From NCBI RefSeq assembly GCF_001457595.1, contig NZ_LN831039.1, forward strand, positions 5,430,001 through 5,462,000: a stretch of DNA of 32,000 nucleotides, given 5' to 3'. Shown here piece by piece: positions 16,893 to 24,550 of the stretch. The notes beneath the pieces were generated by a model that had not been told where the DNA came from, ran no database searches, and worked only from the letters and a program-made list of their open reading frames with translations. The stretch is from Mycolicibacterium smegmatis. Its GTDB lineage: Bacteria > Actinomycetota > Actinomycetes > Mycobacteriales > Mycobacteriaceae. The position numbers and the translations under genes were made by a program. Every line of letters starts with the position of its first letter. Position 1 is the stretch's first letter.

Positions 16893-17918
16893 ATGGCAAC
16901 CCGCTCCATACCGGCCGCACTGCCCGACTACGAACGAATGATGGCCATGCTGACGGGCTTCTGGGTCACCCAGATCGTCCGCGCTGCTGCGGTTTTCAAC
17001 CTTGCCGACCACCTGGCCTCGGGAACCGACACCGCCGTGGCCATCGCCTCAGCAGAGGCCACCGACGTGGACGCGACGCGTCGTCTGCTGCGCGCATGCG
17101 CGACGCTGGGCCTCGTGACATCTGCCGACGGTGAGCATTTCGCCGGCACATCGCTGCTGAGCACTCTTCGGAAAGACGAGCCGAACTCGCTGCGCGGCAT
17201 GGTGTTGTCGCACACCGCACCCGGGCACTGGCTGCCCTGGGGACTTCTGCCCGACGCGATCCGCAGCGGCGAACGACAGATCAAGGCCGCACACGGAACC
17301 GAGACATACTTCGACTACCTGGCCGAGAACCTCGAACAGGCAGGTTATTTCACCGAGGCCATGTCGAATCTGAGTGCGGCCGCGGCGGTCGAGATCGCAA
17401 AGGTCCTCGACACCAGGGGTGTCGACTATGCGCTGGATGTCGGCGGTGCCAATGGCGAGTTGGTTCGCGCGCTGATGCGGGCCAATCCCGAGTTGCGTGG
17501 TGGCGTCTTCGATCTTCCGCATGTGGTGGCCGACGCCGTCGAGGCGGCGCACCGAGACGGCCTACAGGGCCGCTTCACCGCGCGCGGCGGCGACTTCTTC
17601 GAATCCGTCCCGCCCGCAGACCTTTACACGCTCAAGTACATCCTCCACGACTGGGACGACGAGAGCTGTGTACGGATTCTGAAGACCTGCCGCGCCGCGC
17701 TGCAGGACGGCGGACGCATCGTCGTCATCGACCACTTGGTCGGCGATCTGGATGCTGCCGATACGACCACGATGATGGACGTCAACATGCTGGTCATGAC
17801 CGGCGGGCGTGAACGCGATATCGCCGAGTTCGACGCTCTCTTCGCGGCTGCTGGTCTACGTCGCACCAAGGTGGGCCGTGCCGGTCAGTTCGCGATCATC
17901 GAGACCGTCGCGGTCTGA
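16893..17918 (+). CDS. family-2 O-methyltransferase (dimerisation domain + SAM domain)
   Basis: ATG at 16893 follows GGAGA. Motifs LDVGGANGE and KYILHDWDDESCVRILK are typical of PF00891 small-molecule O-methyltransferases. Confidence 0.9.
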   Translation: MATRSIPAALPDYERMMAMLTGFWVTQIVRAAAVFNLADHLASGTDTAVAIASAEATDVDATRRLLRACATLGLVTSADGEHFAGTSLLSTLRKDEPNSLRGMVLSHTAPGHWLPWGLLPDAIRSGERQIKAAHGTETYFDYLAENLEQAGYFTEAMSNLSAAAAVEIAKVLDTRGVDYALDVGGANGELVRALMRANPELRGGVFDLPHVVADAVEAAHRDGLQGRFTARGGDFFESVPPADLYTLKYILHDWDDESCVRILKTCRAALQDGGRIVVIDHLVGDLDAADTTTMMDVNMLVMTGGRERDIAEFDALFAAAGLRRTKVGRAGQFAIIETVAV

Positions 17919-17926
17919 CGACGGAA

Positions 17927-17954
17927 GGCCGCCCTACCCGCAGGTAGGGCGGCC
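17927..17954. terminator. perfect 12-bp GC-rich hairpin between convergent genes
   Basis: ggccgccctacc-cgca-ggtagggcggcc. Confidence 0.7.
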
Positions 17955-17966
17955 ACCGCGCGATTG

Positions 17967-18515
17967 TCAGGCAGGATCACCCGGGATCACCCAGTGTCCG
18001 GGCCGCTCATCGAAGAACGGATTCACGAGTCCGTTGACCGTCGGCAGCTTCTTCAGCTGACCGGGCGGGATGCCGAAGAACGGGTTCTCGACACCGTTGA
18101 TGATCCGCTCGGTCATCAGCTGCCCCGGCGGAATCTGCGTGTCCGGCAGGCGGAAGTACCCGTTCACCTCGGGGAAGTTCACCTCAGGCAGGTTCACATC
18201 CGGGAGGTTTACGCCCGGAACATTCACGTCAGGCACGTTCACCGCCGGAACATTCACGTCGGGCACGTTCACCGCCGGAACATTCACGTCGGGCACGTTC
18301 ACCGCCGGCAGGTCCACATCCGGCACATTGACGGCCGGGACGTTCACATCCGGCACGTTCACGCCGGGCACATTCACATCCGGCACGACCGGCGCGGGCC
18401 GCGGATCCGGCGTCGCGGGGTCTGCGTGCGCAGCGCCCATTCCCAGGCCGAGCGCGCCGAGGCCCAGCGCACCGGTCATCGTGGTCGTAACCGCGAGCTT
18501 CTTGAGGTCCATCAT
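17967..18515 (-). CDS. secreted protein with about 15 tandem V-N-[VLF]-P-x pentapeptides and a duplicated PPGQL...NPFF C-terminal motif
   Basis: AAGGAG lies 4-7 nt before ATGATG. Signal peptide MMDLKKLAVTTTMTGALGLGALGLGMGAAHA/D. Repeat core VNVPDVNVPA. Confidence 0.8.
   Translation of the reverse strand: MMDLKKLAVTTTMTGALGLGALGLGMGAAHADPATPDPRPAPVVPDVNVPGVNVPDVNVPAVNVPDVDLPAVNVPDVNVPAVNVPDVNVPAVNVPDVNVPGVNLPDVNLPEVNFPEVNGYFRLPDTQIPPGQLMTERIINGVENPFFGIPPGQLKKLPTVNGLVNPFFDERPGHWVIPGDPA
18165..18389. repeat. 15 x 15-bp in-frame tandem repeat, including an exact 30-bp duplication (18240-18269 = 18270-18299)
   Basis: Units cacNNcNggNaNNtt were counted by eye with period 15. They encode the pentapeptide array on the minus strand. 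Confidence 0.95.
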
Positions 18516-18748
18516 TCACTCCTTCGCCTTGCTTCTCACGACGCTCACCGGCGAAACGGCCGCATCGTGTGACGTTCGGTTTAGGAAATTGCTTGATCGA
18601 CTCTTGACGATCTCGCCGCCTCTACGTCTGGACGACTACGCAATACCTTGACCCCCCGCGATGTATGTCGGATGCCGAAGGCGTTGCGTTATCAGCGTTT
18701 TGGAGATTCTCCGGTCTCGGCGCCCCAGAATCGGCGCTGACCGGGCAT

Positions 18749-18973
18749 TTACTCGGAAATTGAGGGCTGGGTCACATCGCCTGGATCCGCAGGTGATGCG
18801 TCGTCGGGTGTACTGGCGATCAACAGCCACACCAACGTCGCCAAGCCCGTGAAAATCGCCTGCACCGCGAGCAGGAACGCAATGTATTCATGCCAGGCGG
18901 GCAGCACGTCGTCGCACCCTTGGCCGTCCCACGGAATTGTAGACAATGCCGCGATCAGGCCTGCCACGATCAC
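18749..18973 (-). CDS. possible small two-TM membrane protein
   Basis: Only the last roughly 74 codons of track ORF 18749..19507 look like protein (VIVAGLIAALSTIPW...YIAFLLAVQAIFTGLATLVWLLIAS). GTG start at 18973, weak RBS. A bulged hairpin follows the stop. Confidence 0.3.
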   Translation of the reverse strand: MIVAGLIAALSTIPWDGQGCDDVLPAWHEYIAFLLAVQAIFTGLATLVWLLIASTPDDASPADPGDVTQPSISE

Positions 18974-18978
18974 CGTGA

Positions 18979-19170
18979 CGGTGGCCGCCGTCGTCGCGCG
19001 TTGCGTACCACTCCAGCTACGAGGGCGTCTGCGTGCCGATCGCCCGTGACGTCGACTGCGCAGGTGGCAATGGCAACGGTCCTGAGTACGTGTCCGGCCC
19101 GGTGTACGTCGTCGGCCCCGACGAGTACGAACTCGATCGCGACGGCGACGGGGTGGCCTGCGAAAAGTGA
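18979..19170 (+). pseudogene. Excalibur calcium-binding domain remnant (no signal peptide, no ATG)
   Basis: The frame ending at TGA 19168-19170 reads ...YEGVCVPIARDVDCAGGNGNGPEYVSGPVYVVGPDEYELDRDGDGVACEK and contains the DxDxDGxxCE signature. The frame is closed by a stop at 18976-18978. The only in-frame start is GTG 19033, giving 45 aa. Not in the ORF track. Confidence 0.5.
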
Positions 19171-19197
19171 CCCGGCGGCCCTGACGGTCCCCGAGAC

Positions 19198-20556
19198 CTA
19201 CGCCGCGAAGTGCGACTTGTAGATCTTGCCATGCACACCGACGGTGCGGTCGACCACCTGTGACACCGCGAAATCGGATGCGGCAGAGAGGTAGGCGTAG
19301 GCAGTCGCGCGGTCCATGCCCTGATCGTTCTGCAGGAAATCGAGGGCGTTGACCACCGCGCGACGCATCGCCACGTCCAGGTCGGTGCCGTTGCCGTCGA
19401 CGGCGCCGTCGGGATCGGACAACCCGATCGGCACCCACACATCGTCGGTCTCGGCGAACGGATAGCGGTAGGCGACCGAGGGCGCGTCGCCGGATCCCGG
19501 CTTGCACACCGTCAACCGGTAGGTGCCGCGCAGCGATCCCTCCATCGCGGTCAGTGCCACCTCGCCGTCACCCATCGCCATGTGCGGATCGCCGACGTAG
19601 AACAGCGCACCTTCGGCGAACACCGGAAGGTAGAGCGTGGACTGCTCACCCAGGAGGCGGATGTCGATGTTGCCGCCGCCGATGGTCGGCGGGATCGAAT
19701 TGGCCGTCGCCGCAGTGAGATCGCGGTCCTGCGAGAACGCGACCCCCATGATCCCCATGAACGGCGACAGCGGGAACCGCACCCGCGCGTCGCCATAGGA
19801 CATGATGCCGTGCCCGTCCTCGACGGCGGTGAAGGTCGAGACGTTGCCGTACTGGGTGGGATTGCCGGTGGGCCTGCCGTCGGAGGCGATGGGCGGCATC
19901 ACCTCGTCGAGGCTGATGCCGTCGGGGGCCGTACCGTCGGCCTTGAGCGCCAGCGCGCCCTTGCCGTGGCGGCTGGACACCACACCGTAGGGCACACGCG
20001 GGATCGCCTGCAGAGTCTCGATTTTCAGCACGTCACCGGGTTCGGCGCCTTCGACGAACACGGGCCCGGTCACCACGTGCGGCCCGTCCTTGTCGAAGTT
20101 GCGCGGCGTGCGGTTGTAGTCGGCGGCGACCGCGATGGCGTCCTGCAGCACGTCGGATTCGTCCACGCCCTTGCCGCCGAAGTACTCGACGGGGTTGCGC
20201 CCTTGGTCTTCCAGGATGCCCTCGTGCGAGACGGTGTCGATGGTGATGGTCTCTTCCGAGCGCATCCGCATCACCGGTGTCGCATGCACGTTGGGGACGT
20301 ATCCCCACAGCACCTGGTCGGGGTTGGACTGCAGGTAGTGGTCGCCGCTGATGTCGCCTTGGTCGGGTTGCAGCACCTCGAAGTTCCCGGTGGCCGCGCC
20401 GGTCGCCTTGGGTGTCTCCGAGGCGGTCGCGCAGGACGCGGCCGTGGCGGTGAGGCCGACGCCTGCTCCCATCGCGGCGACGGCGCGGACGAAATCGCGC
20501 CGCCCGATTCCCTTGATGATGGTTTCGGCAGCGGCCTCTGCGAACGACGCGTCCAT
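19198..20556 (-). CDS. acetamidase/formamidase-family amidase with twin-arginine (Tat) signal, possibly lipid-anchored
   Basis: N-terminus IKGIGRRDFVRAVAAMGAGVGLTATAASCA has a Tat RR motif, an h-region and a Cys. The body carries family motifs GPVFVEGAEPGDVL, GGNIDIRLL and GDPHMAMGDGEV. GGGGAGGA RBS. Confidence 0.9.
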   Translation of the reverse strand: MDASFAEAAAETIIKGIGRRDFVRAVAAMGAGVGLTATAASCATASETPKATGAATGNFEVLQPDQGDISGDHYLQSNPDQVLWGYVPNVHATPVMRMRSEETITIDTVSHEGILEDQGRNPVEYFGGKGVDESDVLQDAIAVAADYNRTPRNFDKDGPHVVTGPVFVEGAEPGDVLKIETLQAIPRVPYGVVSSRHGKGALALKADGTAPDGISLDEVMPPIASDGRPTGNPTQYGNVSTFTAVEDGHGIMSYGDARVRFPLSPFMGIMGVAFSQDRDLTAATANSIPPTIGGGNIDIRLLGEQSTLYLPVFAEGALFYVGDPHMAMGDGEVALTAMEGSLRGTYRLTVCKPGSGDAPSVAYRYPFAETDDVWVPIGLSDPDGAVDGNGTDLDVAMRRAVVNALDFLQNDQGMDRATAYAYLSAASDFAVSQVVDRTVGVHGKIYKSHFAA

Positions 20557-20669
20557 TCAGTTGTCCTCCCCGTTGTCGACGGGCCCGAAGCTACCCACGC
20601 CATGTTGCGACGACGTTGCGGTTGCGTTCGAACCCGTTGACATCAGCCAGAATTGACGCACGCGTCGGA

Positions 20670-21119
20670 CTACCAGCGGTAGTCGAGGAACTTCCCGTCG
20701 AAGGTCACCACCACCCGGTCCCCGTCTGGATCGGGACGACGCTGGATGTCCACCTTGAAGTTGATGGCGCTCATGATGCCGTCACCGAACTCTTCGTGGA
20801 TGAGTTCCTTGAGCGCAGGCCCGTACACGTTGAGCGCCTCGTGGAACCGGTAGATCGTGGGATCCGACTGCAGCGCGGGGTCGATACCGCGGGCCGGCTG
20901 CAGTTGCAGGCTCTCGGCGACGGACGCGTCGAGGTCCAGCAGGGCACACACCTTCTCGGCCTGTTCGGCCGACAGCGGATGCTGGCCGAGCAGCGCCGCC
21001 ACGCACCACACCAGGGGTGCGTCGAGATGCTTGGCGATGTCGGCCCAACTGAGCCCGTTGCGGATTCGGGCCGCCACCACCAGGCCTGCGGCGTCGGCCT
21101 TCGACATGATCGGAGTCAT
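20670..21119 (-). CDS. cynS: cyanase (cyanate hydratase)
   Basis: 149 aa. The C-terminal half DPTIYRFHEALNVYGPALKELIHEEFGDGIMSAINFKVD closely parallels E. coli CynS. The start overlaps the FNT stop in an ATGA. Confidence 0.95.
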   Translation of the reverse strand: MTPIMSKADAAGLVVAARIRNGLSWADIAKHLDAPLVWCVAALLGQHPLSAEQAEKVCALLDLDASVAESLQLQPARGIDPALQSDPTIYRFHEALNVYGPALKELIHEEFGDGIMSAINFKVDIQRRPDPDGDRVVVTFDGKFLDYRW

Positions 21120-21910
21120 GCGCTGATCTTCCTCGCTTCTGCGCTGTGGGGCTCGGCAACCGCGGGAATCGAGAACCGCGGTGCTGCGGTGCGGGCGTGG
21201 GTCGCGAACAGCGTGAGTCCGACGAACGTCAGGCCGCCGACCAGATTGCCCACTGCGGTGGGGATCTCGTTCCAGATGAAGTAGTCGGCGATCGAGAAGT
21301 CACCGCCCAGCATGAGGCCGGACGGGAACAGGAACATGTTGACCACCGAGTGCTCGAAGCCCATGTAGAAGAACAGCATGACCGGCATCCACATGCCGAT
21401 GACCTTGCCCGACACGCTGGTGGACATCATGGCGGCGACGACGCCGGTGGACACCATCCAGTTGCACAGCACGCCGCGGATGAACAGCGTGAGCATGCCC
21501 GCGGCGCCGTGTTCGGCGTAGCCGACAGTGCGGCTGTGCCCGATCTCGCCGATGCGCTGGCCGACTTCGTTGGGGTCGACGCTGAAGCCGTAGGTGAAGA
21601 CGATCGCCATCATGAATGCGACCGTGAGCGCGCCGGCGAAGTTCCCCACGAACACCCAACCCCAGTTGCGCAGCACCGTGCGCACGGTGACGCCGCGGCG
21701 TTTGTCCAGCAGTGCGAGCGGGACGAGCGTGAAGACGCCGGTGAGCAGGTCGAAACCCAACAGGTACAGCAGGCAGAAACCGACTGGGAACAGGATCGCG
21801 CCCACCAGCGCATTGCCGGTCTGCACGGTGATCGTGACGGCGAACGCCGCGGCGATGGCCAGGATGGCGCCGGCCATGTAGGCCCGGATCAGGGTGTCGC
21901 GCGTGGACAT
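21116..21910 (-). CDS. formate/nitrite transporter (FNT) family channel, with the 5' end apparently frameshifted
   Basis: FNT hallmarks FPVGFCLLYLLGFDLLTG and MGFEHSVVNMF. A family-typical N-terminus, MSYVSPSDFVGKMIDAGEAKA, is encoded from ATG 21975 in a different frame. Confidence 0.85.
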   Translation of the reverse strand: MSTRDTLIRAYMAGAILAIAAAFAVTITVQTGNALVGAILFPVGFCLLYLLGFDLLTGVFTLVPLALLDKRRGVTVRTVLRNWGWVFVGNFAGALTVAFMMAIVFTYGFSVDPNEVGQRIGEIGHSRTVGYAEHGAAGMLTLFIRGVLCNWMVSTGVVAAMMSTSVSGKVIGMWMPVMLFFYMGFEHSVVNMFLFPSGLMLGGDFSIADYFIWNEIPTAVGNLVGGLTFVGLTLFATHARTAAPRFSIPAVAEPHSAEARKISA

Positions 21911-22181
21911 ATGGCCTTGGCCTCGCCCGCGTCGATCATCTTGCCGACGAAGTCGCTGGGACTCACATAGGACATTGGGTGCAACCTTCCGATGGACCCG
22001 ATGGACAGTTCCCTAGACCGTGTCGCGCCCAGATTGCGGTTCGGCGACTTCACCTATGCGTGGGTGTTGCCATCTGCGCACATCAGCTCAGCGTCGGCTG
22101 TGAGATGCCTGGGCGTGCGAAACCTGCCGTGCCTCGGCGCGCCAGGGCGACAGCTGACCAAAGTCGCGAGATGATGCAGAT

Positions 22182-22952
22182 GTGACTGATGTTGCGAATG
22201 TGACTGCTGACGACGCCGCGCTCGAAGCCAAGTCGGAGGATGCGTCGACACCGGTCGAATCCGCTGCCACACCCGTGGAGGAAGGTACGACGGCACCGGT
22301 CGCGGCGCCGAGTGGCCGCCGGACGTGGTCGATGCCCAAGTCCCCGATCTCCCGCGAGCAGGCCGACCAGGCCGGCCGCGCGGCGCTGGCGGCCGGGTCG
22401 GCGGTCGGTCGGTTCCTTGCCGAGGTGGCACGCTACGTCGCGCGCGCCGTCGCGCAGTGCGGGCGCGCGGTCGAGGCTGTGCCGGTGGCGCTGCGACTTT
22501 TCGTCTTCGCGGCCGTCGTCATGCTGCTCGGCATCGTCGGTGCGATCGCGTCGAACGACGCGCTCGGTCTGCTCTGCACCGTCGTGGTGATCCCCGTGTG
22601 CGCGGCCACGCTGGGCGTACTCGGGCAGCGGTGGTACAGCGGACTGGGCGATCAGCCGGCGCGGCAATCGTCCGAAGAGATCGCCGCGCAACCGGATCTC
22701 CAGCGCTCGGTGGAGTACGTGGACAAGAAACTCGCCGTCGCTCTGACCGCCATGGGGACCGAGCGGCATCAGCAGGCCGTGATCTCACTCTTCCAGGCCA
22801 AGACGGCGCTGGAGCTCACCCTGGGAACCGAGCAGGACTCCGCGACCTTCTTGGAGATGCCGATGCCGGCCGACGACCATCCCCTGCGCCCCCGCATCCG
22901 CGTCGGATCGAAATCGCAGTTGCGGGAGAGCAATTCCCTGGCGGCCTCGTGA
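22182..22952 (+). CDS. hypothetical membrane protein (acidic disordered N-terminus, two TM, helical C-terminus)
   Basis: GTG start. High third-position GC after the first 10 codons. TM spans LRLFVFAAVVMLLGIVGAIA and LLCTVVVIPVCAATLGVL. GTGA overlap with the next gene. Confidence 0.65.
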   Translation: MTDVANVTADDAALEAKSEDASTPVESAATPVEEGTTAPVAAPSGRRTWSMPKSPISREQADQAGRAALAAGSAVGRFLAEVARYVARAVAQCGRAVEAVPVALRLFVFAAVVMLLGIVGAIASNDALGLLCTVVVIPVCAATLGVLGQRWYSGLGDQPARQSSEEIAAQPDLQRSVEYVDKKLAVALTAMGTERHQQAVISLFQAKTALELTLGTEQDSATFLEMPMPADDHPLRPRIRVGSKSQLRESNSLAAS

Positions 22953-23323
22953 GCGCGCAGTTGATCACCGGTCAGGTTGCGTTCATCGAGGACGACTACA
23001 CGCTGGTGCTCAACCGCGGTTCCGAGGCCGGCGTGACGCCCGGCATGGTGTTCGCCGTGCACACCGATGCCGACGAGGTGATCACCGATCCGGAGTCCGG
23101 ACGGGAGCTGGGCCGGCTCAGCCGGGAGATCCTGCAGGTGCGGGTGTTCGAGGTGCATCCGTTGTTCGCACGTGCGCACACCTTCGTGCAGACCGACGAC
23201 TTCTACGGCCTGCTCGGCATCCCGTTCGTGGACCAGCCGGAGGAGCATGTCGTCACGGTCGACGTGGGCGACAAGGTGGTGCTGGTGCCCGCCGAGCAAC
23301 ACGGCCTCCGTCGGTTCGGCTGA
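22949..23323 (+). CDS. hypothetical small soluble protein (beta-rich, barrel-like repeat pattern)
   Basis: GTG 22949 overlaps the upstream stop. Sequence ITGQVAFIEDDYTLVLNRGSEAGVTPGMVFAV... It is the 3' part of track ORF 22325..23323, whose 5' part is out-of-frame overlap. Confidence 0.65.
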   Translation: MSAQLITGQVAFIEDDYTLVLNRGSEAGVTPGMVFAVHTDADEVITDPESGRELGRLSREILQVRVFEVHPLFARAHTFVQTDDFYGLLGIPFVDQPEEHVVTVDVGDKVVLVPAEQHGLRRFG

Positions 23324-23358
23324 GCACGACGCGACTGCGCCCGGCGCCGTGATCGCCC

Positions 23359-23410
23359 AGATTGCAGCCAGGGACAGAAAATTGGCGAAATCTGTCCCTC
23401 AGTGCAATCT
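23359..23410. terminator. long bipartite hairpin between convergent genes
   Basis: agattgca/tgcaatct (8 bp) plus agggacaga/tctgtccct (9 bp), separated by a 3x3 internal loop, with a 12-nt apical loop aaattggcgaaa. Confidence 0.55.
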
Positions 23411-23472
23411 CAGCGTCCCTTCTTGGTTCTTCGCCGATCAGACACGGGCGGTGCGGTGCGCCCGGCGGTCGC

Positions 23473-24420
23473 CTAAAGCCGGAACAACTGCCGCGCGTTC
23501 ACATGCGCGATCTTCTCCCGGTCGGCCGGGCTGATCGGCGCCTGCGCCAGGAACTCGGCGTGGGTCACCGCGTCACCATAGGGGTAGTCGGCGGCAAACA
23601 TGATGCGGTCGGCGCCGAACACCTGCAGCGCGCACAACAGCGGTGGCGCCGTGGTGTATCCGCTGATGGTGATGTGCACGTGCGCCCGCACCGTTTCCGC
23701 GACCGACGGCCCGCCGGGGTAGTACCCCGACAGCACCGCATCGGCGCGCATCAGCGAGAACGGCAGGTTCTCGCCCATGTGCCCGACGACGAACTGCAGC
23801 GCGGGGTGCCGGTCGAACACCCCCGATGCCGCCAGCCGCAACACGTGCAGACCGGTCTCCGCATGCCATCCCCACGCTGCGGTCGCCAGCGCCGACCCGA
23901 TCTCCGGGGTGAGGCCGCCGAAGTACACCTCGGCGACCTGCGCGGGCGGATAGGTGGGGTGCAGGTACACCGGTACGTCGAGTTCCTCGATGGCACTGAG
24001 CAACTCGTCGAACTCGGGTGCGTCGAGGAATGTGCCCTGGGTGTGCCCGTTGATCACGACACCGCACATGCCGAGTTCGGTGATCGCCCGCTTGGCCTCG
24101 ACGACTGCGGCGGTGGGGATCTGGGTGGGCAGTGAGGCCAGCGCGTTGAACCGGTCCGGATGCGCCGCAACGATTTCGGCGCATCGGTCGTTCAGCGTCC
24201 GGCTGAGGTCGCCGGCGTACTCGGGGTCGACCTGCTGAGTGCCCGGCGCGGTGACCGACAGGACCTGGAGGTCGATGCCCGCGTCGTCCATGACGCGCAG
24301 TCGCTGTTCGCCGACCTCGGTGAGTTTCGGGAGGACGCCGCGCGGATCGGACGGCAACGGCCACAACTGGTCGACGAGATCGGCGGGGATGAGGTGTTCT
24401 TCGAGGGCAATCAACGTCAT
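23473..24420 (-). CDS. amidohydrolase_2 (ACMSD/metal-dependent decarboxylase-hydrolase-like) family protein
   Basis: MTLIALEEHLIP... with later H/D metal-ligand motifs (HPTYPP, VVGHMGE, FAADYPY). Alternative starts at 24426 and 24441. Confidence 0.85.
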   Translation of the reverse strand: MTLIALEEHLIPADLVDQLWPLPSDPRGVLPKLTEVGEQRLRVMDDAGIDLQVLSVTAPGTQQVDPEYAGDLSRTLNDRCAEIVAAHPDRFNALASLPTQIPTAAVVEAKRAITELGMCGVVINGHTQGTFLDAPEFDELLSAIEELDVPVYLHPTYPPAQVAEVYFGGLTPEIGSALATAAWGWHAETGLHVLRLAASGVFDRHPALQFVVGHMGENLPFSLMRADAVLSGYYPGGPSVAETVRAHVHITISGYTTAPPLLCALQVFGADRIMFAADYPYGDAVTHAEFLAQAPISPADREKIAHVNARQLFRL

Positions 24421-24522
24421 GGCCATCTCTTTTCCCGTCACTCAACGGCTCTGGGCCCAGGGTCGTCCTGGAGCCTGGATGCGAGGTGTGGCACGGCTGG
24501 GTGACGGCTGCCGACGCCAGAT

Positions 24523-24542
24523 GCCGCGTGTCCGCACGCGGC
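24523..24542 (-). terminator. 8-bp GC hairpin downstream of the sigma-factor remnant
   Basis: gccgcgtg-tccg-cacgcggc. Confidence 0.4.
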
Positions 24543-24550
24543 TGAGCGGA

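Noticed and set aside
18165-18389. Regular 15-bp periodic repeats that might suggest a CRISPR-like or satellite array
   Set aside because: There are no spacers, the period is a multiple of three, and the array is fully in-frame inside a signal-peptide-bearing ORF. It is a coding tandem repeat.
18749-19507. 252-aa minus-strand ORF as a whole
   Set aside because: The upstream two-thirds is Arg-rich and overlaps both the amidase 3' end and the Excalibur frame. Only the last roughly 74 codons look protein-like, and I kept those as a low-confidence call.
20605-20632. Three direct GTTGCG hexamers between cynS and the amidase gene
   Set aside because: They are short and irregularly spaced (two adjacent, one 5 nt away) and do not stand out enough from background composition to call a binding site.
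19582-20640. 352-aa plus-strand ORF opposite the Tat-signal amidase
   Set aside because: A shadow ORF. The minus frame carries the acetamidase/formamidase motifs.
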